Of a stretch of 64,000 bases of DNA, positions 34,088 to 44,419 are shown one piece after another (within the stretch, counting starts at the first letter, position 1; the number at the start of each line of letters is the position of its first letter). The position numbers and the translations under genes were made by a program. The DNA comes from Candidatus Eiseniibacteriota bacterium (GTDB taxonomy: Bacteria; Eisenbacteria; RBG-16-71-46), in the NCBI GenBank assembly GCA_963744995.1, contig CAVUWA010000002.1, positions 896,001-960,000 on the forward strand, read 5' to 3'. Below the pieces are notes generated by a model. That model searched no databases and was not told the origin of the DNA. It worked only from the letters and a program-made list of their open reading frames with translations.

Positions 34088-34964
34088 ATGACTCGATTCA
34101 AGACGGCCATGGTGGAAGGACTCTCGGTCTTCTACCGGGAAGCCGGCGATCCGGCGAATCCGAAGCTCGTCCTGCTCGGCGGCTTTCCGGCGTCCTCGCA
34201 CCAGTTCCGCGACCTGATCCCTGCGCTGGCGGACAGGTTCCACGTCGTCGCGCCGGACTATCCCGGCTTCGGCAACACCGACATGCCCGACCCCGCGAGC
34301 TTTTCCTACACGTTCGATCATCTGGCCGACGTGATCGACGGGTGGCTGAAGGTCATCGGATTCAAGCGTTTCGGCCTGTTCATGCAGGACTACGGCGGCC
34401 CGGTGGGATTGCGGATCCTGACGCGGAATCCCGACTGGCATGGAGTGGCTCATCCTGCAGAACTCGAACGCGTACGAAGTCGGATTCACGAGCGCCTGGG
34501 ACGGCCTGCGTCACGCGCTGTGGACGAAGCGCACGCCCGAGACCGAAGAGGCGCTGATGCCGTTTCTGAGCCTCGATGGAATCAAGATGGCCTACCAGCA
34601 CGGTTATCGCGACCCGTCACGCATCAGCCCGGACAACTGGAACATGGACTTCCGTTTCATGGAGCGTCCCAACGCACGGCGGGTGCAGCTCGATCTGTTC
34701 TACGACTATCGCACCAACGTCGCGCTGTACCCCGAATGGCAGGCCTTCCTCCGCGAGCGGCGCCCCGAGACGCTCATCTTCTGGGGGCAAAACGACATCT
34801 TCTTCACCCCCGAGGGCGGCGAGGCCTATCTGGCCGATCTGCCCGACGCCGAGCTCCATCGTCTCGATTCGGGGCACTTCGCCATCGAAGACTCGCTCGA
34901 GGTGATCGCCGCGAACATGCGGCGCTTCTACGACGAGCGGGTGGCGGCGACGTTGGCGATGTAG
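34088..34964 (+). CDS. Alpha/beta hydrolase (epoxide hydrolase-like), +1 frameshift near 34439
   Basis: FYREAG, GFPASSHQFR, APDYPGFG and QDYGGP, continuing in another frame as QNSNAYEVG..FWGQND..GHFA. Confidence 0.87.
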
Positions 34965-35088
34965 GCATGCGGCGGCGCCCCGGTGGGGGGCGCTGCCCGA
35001 CCGGAAACTCGCGCCCGCGGCACACCGCCCGACGGTGGATGTGGCGGTGATGAGCGGGGCCGGCCAAACCTCGATGGCACGCAGGCAT

Positions 35089-35568
35089 TCAGTCCAACTC
35101 GCGACACCCGGGTCTGAGCGCGCGGGTCGCGGGAGCGGCGCCGGCATCTCGAGCGCCGGAAACACGGCGTCGGGAAGGAAACGACAGCAGGAGTGCACCC
35201 GCGGCGAGGCCGCAGACCTCGAGGATCGCGAGGCAGCCCGCACTCAAACGGAAGGCATCGCCCCGGAACCCTCGTGGCGCGTACGCGACGTGATCCGGCG
35301 TGTTGAGGATATAATGGAATGCGAGGCCGTATGAGAGGGCTGCCGCCATCGAAGCCGAGAGGACGAGTGCTCCTGCGACGCGTCGCCCCCCAAGCAGTGC
35401 GGCAAGCGCGATGAGCGGCCCGACGTACACCGCCGCGGCGATCACGAGCAGGCCGGCGTGGTGACCTGCCGGCACGGCGAGCACTCCATGAGCGACGCCG
35501 TGGAGGGTCGCAACGGCGAGGTGCATGACGATGACGGTCAGCGCCAATCGTTCTCTCGCCGACCTCAC
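35089..35568 (-). CDS. His-rich four-TM membrane protein of unknown function
   Basis: SD plus GTG 35568; HL...LHG.AH and FHY...PDHV; lies downstream of an ECF41-type promoter. Confidence 0.65.
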   Translation of the reverse strand: MRSARERLALTVIVMHLAVATLHGVAHGVLAVPAGHHAGLLVIAAAVYVGPLIALAALLGGRRVAGALVLSASMAAALSYGLAFHYILNTPDHVAYAPRGFRGDAFRLSAGCLAILEVCGLAAGALLLSFPSRRRVSGARDAGAAPATRALRPGCRELD

Positions 35569-35608
35569 GGTTCTTCTCCCGGGCAGGGAATCCAGCATCG
35601 AAGAGTAG

Positions 35609-35635
35609 GACGAGCAGCCCCCCGCCGATGTGACA
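35609..35635 (-). promoter_or_regulatory. ECF41-type promoter TGTCACA-N16-CGTC
   Basis: Minus strand reads TGTCACA tcggcggggggctgct CGTC, matching the known ECF41 consensus. Confidence 0.8.
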
Positions 35636-35800
35636 CGAGGGATCCCTGTCACGCCCGGGGCCCTCGATCTCGTCTTGTGAGCAGGCGGGCGGGGCGGCCG
35701 GTCGGACCCGCCGAACTCAGTCGCTCGGCGGCACAGCCTCCGTCTGCACACGGATCACGAGCGAACCGAAGGTTCCCGCGCGAGAGGGGGTGACCGCGGC

Positions 35801-36399
35801 ATGCATGGATTCGAGGAGACCGCTGTTCCGGAACTCGCGAGGGTGACTGCGTTCGCGCTGTCCCTGACCCGGAACGAAGCCGATGCGGACGACCTGGTGC
35901 AGGAGACGTTCCTGCGGGCGCTCAAAGGGTGGCACACGTTTACGCCCGGAACGGATTGCCGTCGGTGGCTGTTCACCATCTGCCGCAACACGTTCATCCG
36001 GTTGAACTCGCGGAAGCGCCTGGTCGTCCATCTGGACGATGGGGACCTGGACGCCGCGCCGGCGGCCGCCGTGCACATGCAGGCCGTGCGCGACGGGGTG
36101 GCGGATGCATTCGACCACATCGACGTGCGCCCGGCGATCGAGGCGGCCGTACGGGCGCTGCCCGAACCCCATCACTCGATTCTCGTGCTGGTCGACCTGG
36201 AAGGTCAGAGCTACGAGGAGGCCGCCGCGGTGCTCGGCATACCGCTGGGAACGGTACGCTCACGCCTGTACCGCGCGCGCCGCCACGTGCAGGAGGCGCT
36301 CCTCGCGCACGCCGCGATGCGGGCATCGGCCACCGGCCGGAAGCGCGGCCACGCGGGTCCGTCACCCGTCGAGCGGGAGCTTGTCCGGATTCACGATGA
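35801..36399 (+). CDS. ECF sigma-70 factor, paralog A (probable 1-nt deletion near 36313)
   Basis: DADDLVQETFLRA, WLFTICRN and SYEEAA.VLGIPLGTVRSRL.RAR. Restoring one C gives an ARDAGIGH tail ending at TGA 36397-36399, matching paralog B (ARDMGI). Confidence 0.85.
35851..36313 (+). repeat. Left arm of ~460 bp inverted repeat (ECF core)
   Basis: Nearly identical to the reverse complement of 39304-39758. Confidence 0.95.
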
Positions 36400-37278
36400 A
36401 GAAGATTCTGCGGATCCGATTTCCGGCCACGGAGATTGCTATCACGTTGTGGAGCCTGCCGTCCCAGCGGGTCAGTACCGCAGGCTCCCCATTCACCCGA
36501 TCCAGCTGATACTCGATGCTCACGTCCGCCAGCCTGCGGCGAGCAGTCGCGATGAGTCCGGCGAGATAACGGGCCACCGTGGCCGCACCGGAGACGGGGC
36601 GGCGCGCGGTGAAGACCTTGCCGCCGCCGTCCGCGTAGGAGACGACGTCTTCGGCGAGAATCGCAACGAAGGCGTCGACGTTGCCGTGACGTGTCGCTTC
36701 GAGGAACCGGTACAGGAGCCGCTCGTGCTCTTTTCGATCGAACGGCTCCGTCACCCGCCCCGCCGCCTTCAGACGCTTCAAGGCCCGTCGATGGATCTGG
36801 CGGCAGTTCTGCTCGCTCTTCTGCACGACGGAGGCGATCTGCCTGTAGCTGTATAAGAACGACTACTTCAAGACGAGCACTGACGCTGGGCGGGGCTAAG
36901 GCGCTAGAGCATGACGAGGAAGGCCACGGAGAGATCATAGGCCAACTCATGAAGGACGGCAGGATAGCTGATCAGCGCGTACGCGGCGCTGCCGACCAGC
37001 GGCTAGGGAAGCCATGGACGGAGGTATGCGATGCGGCGGGCGTGCGCAGATCTGAACGCATCGATGCAGAGGCGGGTCACCAGCAGGATGAGGTAGGCGC
37101 AGGGCCTGGTGATGCTCTCGCGATCGCTCGCGCTCACGCGTGCACAGCGGAGATAGGCGTACTGGAGGAAGTACTAGGACTAGGTGAAGGATAAGAGCAT
37201 TAGATATGAGAAGCAGAACAGGAGAGAACGCTAGCGCTAGAACGTTGTGAAGGCGGCAAAGCGGCGAGCTGCGCGCAT
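36362..37278 (-). CDS. ECF41/SigJ-type sigma factor with SnoaL-like extension (5' half garbled)
   Basis: DGGGK and NPDKL signatures intact. Degraded WLPEP (~37000-37020) and LSVAFLVML (~36910-36935) are still readable. Start approximate. Confidence 0.8.
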
Positions 37279-37980
37279 CTCACGGTACTCACACAGGCAG
37301 CAGACCGCGGGCTAGCGCAAGAGATAAAGGGAAGGCTGGAAGGTGAGAGAAGGAACAGGAAACATACCTTCTAGCTCAGTTTAGATAGAGCTAGAATAGA
37401 ACAGCGTTAGTTAGATAGGGAGAGAGAGTGCGCAGGACGGGCGATGCTGTGATAGCAAGACGAGAGTCGCTGGTGCCACGATGTGACACCGGCGACCGAT
37501 TCGGTAGTGACGCAGCCGGCCTCCCGAATCGCATCTCCCACTTCAGCGAGCCACGATCCCGCTCGCGAACGTAGGAATAGGTAAGAACTCACGGATGGGA
37601 GTCAGCGCGCTATCGCTCTCGGCGCGGAATCCGCTCACGGAAACACGAGCATTACGCACGTAGAGAAACAGTAAGCGAGGGGTGAAGTAGGCGTACTGCG
37701 GAAGGCTGAAGGGGCGAGTCACGACTGCCACGGGATACTAGAGAGACAGCGCTGCGCGGACGCAGATGGCGAGCTCAGATACAGTGCAGCTGCAGGTGTT
37801 GGTAGTGTACGAGTGCAGCGAGTACTGCGAGATGGCGATATAGCAGGAGGCGGACTGGGTGGTTTAGAAAGGCGAGGAGAAGAGTGAGAGGTGGAAGTAG
37901 CAGCCTACGAGATACGAGGACGCGGTGGAAAGGCAGTTAGCGCTAGCGCGGGCCTCGGACACCACGAGGTAGCTACGCTG
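36850..37980. other. Low-quality or scrambled sequence segment
   Basis: Abrupt A/G-rich, TAG-rich composition while the underlying genes remain partly recognisable. Confidence 0.8.
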
Positions 37981-38690
37981 GTTGAAACTGAACCCGAACG
38001 GGGTCAGACCGGCGGACGCCACCGTTTGCGGTGCACCCGCGCGCCCATCGGCACCGACGACGTATGTGGTGATGTCGTTCGTGTTCTTCTCCGTGACCAC
38101 GAGCACGTCGCCGTTCGGCGTGAACTGGATCTGTGCGGGGCCCGTGCTCTGTCCGCTCAAGGGTCGGGTCGATCCCGGGATCGGAGCGAGGGTCCCGCCC
38201 GTGGCGATCCGGAAGGGGGAGACATTCCCACCGTTGCCCGCGTTGAGCACGTAGAGGAGGTCGCTCTCGACGGTCAGACTGATCGGTTGCTGGCCGCCGG
38301 ATGGCACCGGCGCGCCGTTGGGCTCCAGACCCGCCCCGGCCACTCTGAACCCGGTGATGTCGTCGCTTCCCGCGTTGACCGCGTGGAGGAGGCGGTGGTC
38401 CTCCGTGAACGCCATGGCGAGCTGGTTCCCGAGCCCTGGCTCGTGCTCAGCGCGCCGGTGGGTACTTTCCCGGCGGCCGTGAGCCGGCCGTCGGCGGCAC
38501 GCGCGAAGACGAGAATCTCGTTCCCGCTCGCGTCGTTGCTGGTCGGATAGACGGCTCCGGATCCGCTGGCGGCGGCGCTTGCGGCCCGGGTGCTCACGTG
38601 GGGCTCGGGGCGCAGCACCTGCGAGCTCGGCTCGCATGCGGTTACCAGCACGGCGGCCGCAACGGCAAAGACGTGTTTGACACTGGCCAT
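37543..38690 (-). CDS. Lactonase-family beta-propeller lipoprotein (frameshifted, 3' part garbled)
   Basis: SD AAGGAG, lipobox-like LVTAC, AVNAGSDDITGF, PISLTV, LYVLNAG, TPFGFSF and terminal GIVAR*. Confidence 0.8.
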
Positions 38691-38963
38691 CTCGGGCTCC
38701 TTGGTCGATCGCTGCGTATGGGTCGATGCCACGCTGCGCCGCTCCACGGCCGCCGCGGGCGCTCCACGAACGATCGATGAAGTCCGCGAAGGCCAGATCG
38801 GTTCCCTGACGCGCAACCCCGGATCCCCGCCGAGCACGATCTCCCGACCTTTCATCCGCGAGCCGCACCGGCTCGAGTGGGGTTCGGTGAAATCCGACAT
38901 GGATCTCTCCGTGATCCTCGTGTTCGTCGTGATCCGGCGCCGTACCGACCGACTCAGGGCGGC

Positions 38964-39237
38964 TCAAGTCTGGTCTGGCTCGCTCATCCCGGCAGCCGGA
39001 GCACTGCGAGCACCTCCGCTGGCGGCCGAGAGGGGTCCGAGTGCTGCCTGCGGAGCTCCGTAATGGTTTGCACGAGACGCCTCTCGAACTAGAAGTGCGC
39101 GCGGCACCCTTCACACAAGGCGAGGTGCTCGTCGATCGCGCCGACGTGATCGGCACTGGCGCGACGTCCAGGTACTCCCACAGCGAGCGCACGACTTCAG
39201 CACAGTCAAGCGGTCTCTCAGGCATCATGGAATCCAT
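38964..39237 (-). CDS. zf-HC2 anti-sigma factor (frameshifted)
   Basis: DCAEVVRSLWEYLD, then in a shifted frame IDEHLALCEGC; directly downstream of ECF paralog B. Confidence 0.75.
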
Positions 39238-39243
39238 TTCCGC

Positions 39244-39808
39244 TCACGGTCTGAGAGCATCGGATGGAACGGTGCTGGTGTGGCTGACGATCCCCATGTC
39301 GCGGGCGTGCGCGAGGAGCGCCTCCTGCACGTGGCGGCGCGCGCGGTACAGGCGTGAGCGTACCGTTCCCAGCGGTATGCCGAGCACCGCGGCGGCCTCC
39401 TCGTAACTCTGACCTTCCAGGTCGACCAGCACGAGAATCGAGTGATGGGGTTCGGGCAGCGCCGTACGGCCGCCTCGATCGCCGGGCGCACGTCGATGTG
39501 GTCGAATGCATCCGCCACCCGTCGCGCACGGCCTGCATGTGCACGGCGGCCGCCGGTGCGGCGTCCAGGTCCCCGTCGTCCAGATGGACGACCAGGCGCT
39601 TCCGCGAGTTCAACGGATGAACGTGTTGCGGCAGATGGTGAACAGCCACCGACGGCAATCCGTTCCGGGCGTGAACGTGTGCCACCTTTGAGCGCCGCAG
39701 GAACGTCTCCTGCACCAGGTCGTCCGCATCGGTTCGTCGGGTCAGGGACAGCGCGAACCGCCCCACGCTTTCGATGTGGGGGAGTGAGGTGGCTTCGAAT
39801 CCATCCAA
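39244..39808 (-). CDS. ECF sigma-70 factor, paralog B (several 1-nt deletions)
   Basis: LDGFEATSLPHIESVGRFALSLT..DADDLVQETFL; core DNA nearly identical to paralog A. Start uncertain. Confidence 0.82.
39304..39758 (-). repeat. Right arm of ~460 bp inverted repeat
   Basis: Reverse complement of 35851-36313 with a few substitutions and homopolymer deletions. Confidence 0.95.
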
Positions 39809-39875
39809 GCGCCAGTTCTCCCCGTCGTGGAATCCACTCGTGGTGGCCGCGGACCGCGGGGCCTGTTCCTGTATG

Positions 39876-39989
39876 AAGTCCCGGACCGCCGTTCGAGTTC
39901 CTCCCGGCCAATCTTTGACCGGCGGCGGTTGCGAGCGCCGGCATGACACCGGTGCTTCGGAGATGGAACTCGCCGGGGGTCCCTGACTT
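39876..39989. promoter_or_regulatory. Divergent pair of ECF-like promoters GGAACTCG-N12/13-GACTT
   Basis: Minus 39876-39901 points to ECF paralog B; plus 39965-39989 points to the FMN reductase. Confidence 0.55.
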
Positions 39990-40178
39990 GTTCCGGGCGA
40001 ACCCCGCCGGCGGGGTCGAATTCCTTCCGGAGCCGGCGCAGCACGCCGGTACCCGTCCCGCACACACTGCCCAGGGCGGGTGCACAGCGAGGCTGCGCAT
40101 GAATGCGACCATTTCGCTCGCCATGATCGCGCTTGGCCTGCCGTGGCGGCGCGGTCTGCCGAACGGAGGCGATGAACG

Positions 40179-40807
40179 ATGATCGGTGAACCGTACGGGT
40201 CCACCCGCCGCAGCGCCGGCGAGGGTGCCTCTCCCGCATCCGAACCGGGATTCGAATCCTCGGTGTGAGCGGCAGTCTGCGTGCTCGGTCGTTGAACACG
40301 GAGATGCTTCGCGCGGCGTCGACCTGGCGCCGCAGGCGTGCAGATCACGGTTGCTTGCGGGGTTGGACAGCCTTCCGCACTTCAATCCCGATCTCGACGC
40401 GGAGGGAGCGCTGCCTCCACCGTCTGTCGGGCGCCTCAGGCAACGGATCGGCCGGGCGACGCGGCCTCCATCTGCAGCCGGAATACGCCATGGAGTGCCG
40501 GCGTCTGAAGAACGCGCTCGATTGGCTCGTGAGCTTCCGGGCGTGCTCGACAAACCGGTGGGTCTGCTCAACGCAGCCCGCGGGCGACGCACGCTCAGGC
40601 GTCACTCGCCGAAACGCTGCGCACGATGTCCATGACGTGATTCCCACGGCTTCGATCGCCGTCCCGGGATGGGCCATGCACGGACCGCCACGGACATCGC
40701 GGAAGATCCGGTCCTGTCGGCGGCCTGCGTCGCGTAATCGAGGCAATGGTGAGGGCCGCGAGCGAGTTCGCGGGAGTCAGATCCCGCAGGCAGACGGGAT
40801 TCCGTGA
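40179..40807 (+). CDS. NADPH-dependent FMN reductase (multiple frameshifts)
   Basis: Fragments ILGVSGSLR..SLN, LPHFNPDLD, PEYA, LKNALDW and KPVGLLNA across frames. End approximate. Confidence 0.8.
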
Positions 40808-40969
40808 ACTCACGCTGCACGAAGCGGTCGGTCTCGTTCGTCCCTCGCACGAAGTCCCGACCATCGACACGAACGGGTCGTCGCCACATCGGCGCGAACG
40901 CGCCGGGGGAGGCCATCATGCAGATCGACGCAACACATGCACACCTGTCACGCTAGCGCGCATCGCGGC

Positions 40970-41360
40970 ATGCATCCCGCTTTCGCAAATGTCTTCCGCA
41001 CGAGCGACGCCTTGAGCCTGCCATGGTTCGTGTCGTCCTCGCGGCGTGCTGTTCCCACACGGCGCGCAGCACCTGCTGGGCTGGTTCGGCGGGTACGGCT
41101 TCGCGGGCACCTACCATTGGATGGCCGGCATCGGGTTCCGGGACCCTGCCGGCGATCGCGATCGTCACCGAATTCGTTGCACCCTCCTGCTCGTGGTCGG
41201 GTTTGCAAGCCGCCTGGCGGCGCTCGGCGTCGTCGGCCTCATGCTGGGAGGTGAGCGTGTCAGCGGCTCATGTGGTCGGAGCGCTGGCGGGGATGGAGGG
41301 GTTGTCTCTCTCGGCATGGCGCGGGTTGATCCGGGCGCGGGGCTGGTGCTGGGTGCGATG
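40970..41360 (+). CDS. DoxX family membrane protein (frameshifted, 3' end garbled)
   Basis: LFPHGAQHLLGWFGGYGF.GT and LLVVGFASRLAALG fragments. Confidence 0.75.
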
Positions 41361-41529
41361 AGGTACGGCGGAAGGACGCCGTGATGAAGGTTGCGCGCGT
41401 GCTGCAGCGCTCGCAGGGATGGCGCTCTGCGCGCTCCGCGTATCGGACGGGTGTCCCGGGGCCCGACGCCGCGGCGGCGCCGGCGGGGAGGGTCGCGGAC
41501 CGTCACAGCAGCGGCAGCCGTGAAGGCAG

Positions 41530-42776
41530 GAGCGTCACCGGAATCCCCGCCCCTGCCGCGCTGGTGGTGGGAACCGCACCGTCCTCCGCGTCCGCACAGT
41601 GGACGCAGGTCGACGAAGTGCAGACCACCGACATCTTCTCCGTGTGGACCTGATGGGACACCATCGCGGCCGGGTCTGACGACACCGTGTTCGTGAGCGT
41701 CGATGCCGGCGCCACCTGGATCACCAGTGCGAGCTGCGACGGGCGCGACGAGTGTCGAGGCCGTGAGGGTGCACAAGGGCTTCCTCTATGCCGGCACCCT
41801 CGGCCAGGGCGTGTTCGTCAGCAGCGACCTGGGAGCGAGCTGGCAAAGCTTCAACCAGGGACTCGTCGGGGGCTTCGCCGACTCGCAACTCTTCATCATG
41901 GACCTTCTGCTGCGCGGCGACACCTCTATGCGGCGACCGAAGGGGCGGACCTGGATTCGGAATCTCGCGACGGCTGGAGCATGGTCGCACTATGGCAACG
42001 TGATCGAGCTGGATCAGGCCGGGAACATGGAATCGATCGCGGGATCTCCCACGAGATTGCTGGCCTGCGCCGGCTTCGACGGGGATGTCTTCTTTCGAGA
42101 TCCCGAAGATGCAGACTGGACGGAGTCGTTACTCTTCAACGATCGGCTGGCTCCCAGTCTCGCGCCGCTCTCCGCCGTGTGGACCGGGCACTCCTGGCTC
42201 GTGGGTTCGAACATCGGCGTCTTCCACAGCGAAATGGGGCAGTCGCCGTGGACCTATTTCGACTTCGGGCTGCACCCGACCCTGTTCGCCCCCTTCGCGC
42301 TTCATGAGGGCATCGTCTTCACGCATTTCGCCAACGGTGCCGGCACCGGTATCGAGTACAGCGCCGACGACGGCGACACCTGGCAGGTGCTCGACTCCAG
42401 CCCTCGATCTTCACGTACAACATCGCGGTGATCGGCGGCACACTGTATGCCGGGCGAGTCGATGGGCTGTGGCGCCGATCGATCGAGACCGTTTCCGTCC
42501 CCTGCGACTGCACCGCCGCGCCTGCACTTCGCGATGGTCGTGAATCCCGTTCACGACGAGGCACGCTTCCGATTCGAGTTGCCGGAGGCGGCACGCGTTC
42601 ACATCGAGCTCTTCGACGCCGCCGGCCGCCGTGTGGCGGGTGACATCGATGAAGCGCTGCCTGCGGGTGTGCAGGAGGTGCCGTTGGAGGCGCGCAGCCT
42701 GGCGCCGGGGGTCTACCTGGCTCGTCTCCGCGCCGCTGGCCGATCGGAGTCGGTCCGGCTCGTCAGGATCCGATGA
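41530..42776 (+). CDS. Secreted BNR/Asp-box propeller protein with T9SS-type CTD (frameshifted)
   Basis: ASAQW, S.DAGATW, GVFVSSDLGASW; CTD NPV..FDAAGRRV..PGVYLARL. Start approximate. Confidence 0.78.
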
Positions 42777-42795
42777 GGCCGCACCGGTGCCGTGA

Positions 42796-42832
42796 CCGAA
42801 TGGCCGTGGCCCTCGAGGCACCGGCCATTCGG
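42796..42832. terminator. Hairpin between convergent genes
   Basis: ccgaatggccg...cggccattcgg inverted repeat. Confidence 0.45.
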
Positions 42833-42873
42833 GCTCGAGTGTCTGCGGGCCGGTGAGCGCACCCAGGGCGCGC

Positions 42874-43677
42874 CTAGCCGCGGCCGGGCGTCGCCCCGGA
42901 GGACGGCGTCGGCGACGGGCGCATCAGCATGCGGGCGAATGCCGTGAGCTCATCGGCGTTCAGATCCGACACGATCCAGTACGCCATGCCGGCGTGCGCC
43001 CCCATGATGACGTGATAACCCTGCTCGGTGGTCACTGGCTTCGGTGCGCGGTCCCCGGCCCCGCTGACCGGCCACTGGAACACGTTGATGACGTGTTTGC
43101 GCCGCATGTAGACGAGCGCAGCCACCGGACGGCCGTGCAGATAGTCCAGACGCCCGCCGGTGAGCGGGTAGCCGGCGGTGGCCAGGTCGAGAACCGCCGG
43201 TGAGAAATCGAGCCGGCCGTTGAACCAGGGCTTCACCGTGTGCTGGTCGGTCGAGGCCACGTCCATCAGGTGGTCGGCCATGAGCGAGCGCACGTGGGCG
43301 TCCACGGCCTGAGCCGCCAGCCGGGTCTGCGCGTCGCGCATGCGCCACGTATGGACGGCCCCGAACGCGGCGACCACCACGGCGACGCTGGCGGCCACCG
43401 ACGCCCACCGCAGGACCGGGATGCGGCGCCGCGGGGGGCGAGCGATCGGTGCCGCGCTGCCCTCGATCGCATGGCGGACGCGTTCCCGCAGCAGGTCCGG
43501 CGCGCGGTGGTATTCCACTTCGGCGCGAATGCTCGCGCCGAGCGCGCGCAACTGCTCCACCTCCCGGGCGCAGTTGGCGCACGTTTCGAGGTGGCGCTCC
43601 ACCTCGGCACTCGCCGCGGCGTCGAGTTCGCCGTCCACGTAGAGCGGCAGACGATCACGCGCTTCCGCACAGGTCAT
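42874..43677 (-). CDS. Transmembrane zf-HC2 anti-sigma factor
   Basis: MTC..YVDGELD..HLETCANC, one TM helix, STDQHTVKPWFNGRLDFSP. Confidence 0.9.
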   Translation of the reverse strand: MTCAEARDRLPLYVDGELDAAASAEVERHLETCANCAREVEQLRALGASIRAEVEYHRAPDLLRERVRHAIEGSAAPIARPPRRRIPVLRWASVAASVAVVVAAFGAVHTWRMRDAQTRLAAQAVDAHVRSLMADHLMDVASTDQHTVKPWFNGRLDFSPAVLDLATAGYPLTGGRLDYLHGRPVAALVYMRRKHVINVFQWPVSGAGDRAPKPVTTEQGYHVIMGAHAGMAYWIVSDLNADELTAFARMLMRPSPTPSSGATPGRG

Positions 43678-43702
43678 GGTCCTGCACCTCCCGCCCGGCC
43701 CT

Positions 43703-44278
43703 TCATGACGCCGGCGCCTCCCGGTCGCCCAGCGCACGTGCCAACCGCTCCCGCCCGCGTGCCAGCCGCGACATCACGGTGCCGATCGGCGCCGCGGTCA
43801 CTTCGGCGATCTCCTTGTAGGAGAGCCCCTCCAGCTCCCGCAACACCAGAGTCTCGCGATACTCGACGGGAAGCTGCGCCAACGCATCGCGAACCGAACT
43901 CGCGGCCTCGACGCGTGCGACGTCGTCCTCGGGCGCGCGGCGGGGAGCATCCGCTGCCGTACCGTGAACCTGTTCGTCGAACTCGACGTATTCGCCGCGC
44001 GTGCGCCGGCGCCGCAGCAGGCTCATACACCCGTTGCGCACGATGGCGAGCAGCCATGCACGCCCGTCTCCGCCGCGAAACCCGCCGAAGTGTCGGAACG
44101 CGCGAAGCATGGATTCCTGCACGGCGTCCTGTGCCTCGTGTGCATCGCGCAGCAGATGCCGCGCGAGATTGTACGCGGCATCCATGTGGGGGAGGACCGC
44201 TTCCTCGAATCGCGCGCGATCCGCGGCGGAGACCTCCGCCCCCGGGCCGGTCTGATTCCGGGGCTTGCCGTCCGTCAC
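43703..44278 (-). CDS. ECF sigma-70 factor
   Basis: PHMDAAYNLAR, AWLLAIVRN and LSYKEIA..PIGTVMSRLARGR motifs. Confidence 0.93.
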   Translation of the reverse strand: MTDGKPRNQTGPGAEVSAADRARFEEAVLPHMDAAYNLARHLLRDAHEAQDAVQESMLRAFRHFGGFRGGDGRAWLLAIVRNGCMSLLRRRRTRGEYVEFDEQVHGTAADAPRRAPEDDVARVEAASSVRDALAQLPVEYRETLVLRELEGLSYKEIAEVTAAPIGTVMSRLARGRERLARALGDREAPAS

Positions 44279-44299
44279 GACGACCGCTCTTCCATGGAG

Positions 44300-44376
44300 G
44301 ACGCACGAGGCCGCGGCGTTATTCCCGGATGGGACCGAAATTCCCGGCGGGGAATAACTGGATCCACGCGAGAGTC
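44300..44376. promoter_or_regulatory. Back-to-back ECF promoters GGAATAA-N16-GTC
   Basis: Minus 44300-44325 points to the ECF gene; plus 44351-44376 points to the cupredoxin gene. Same motif and spacing on both strands. Confidence 0.7.
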
Positions 44377-44419
44377 GAACGGGATGGTCGCAGCATTCAC
44401 TCTCAACACGGAGGCAGCC

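Noticed and set aside
35801..36856. 351 aa ECF with a long C-terminal extension
   Set aside because: The extension is antisense to the ECF41 gene and disappears if one C is restored near 36313, as paralog B indicates.
35851..39758. Diversity-generating retroelement template/variable repeat pair
   Set aside because: Differences are few, synonymous and not adenine-specific, and there is no reverse transcriptase in the window.
40099..40182. 27 aa hydrophobic ORF coupled to the FMN reductase start
   Set aside because: Too short and in an error-rich region; may be a gene remnant but cannot be supported.
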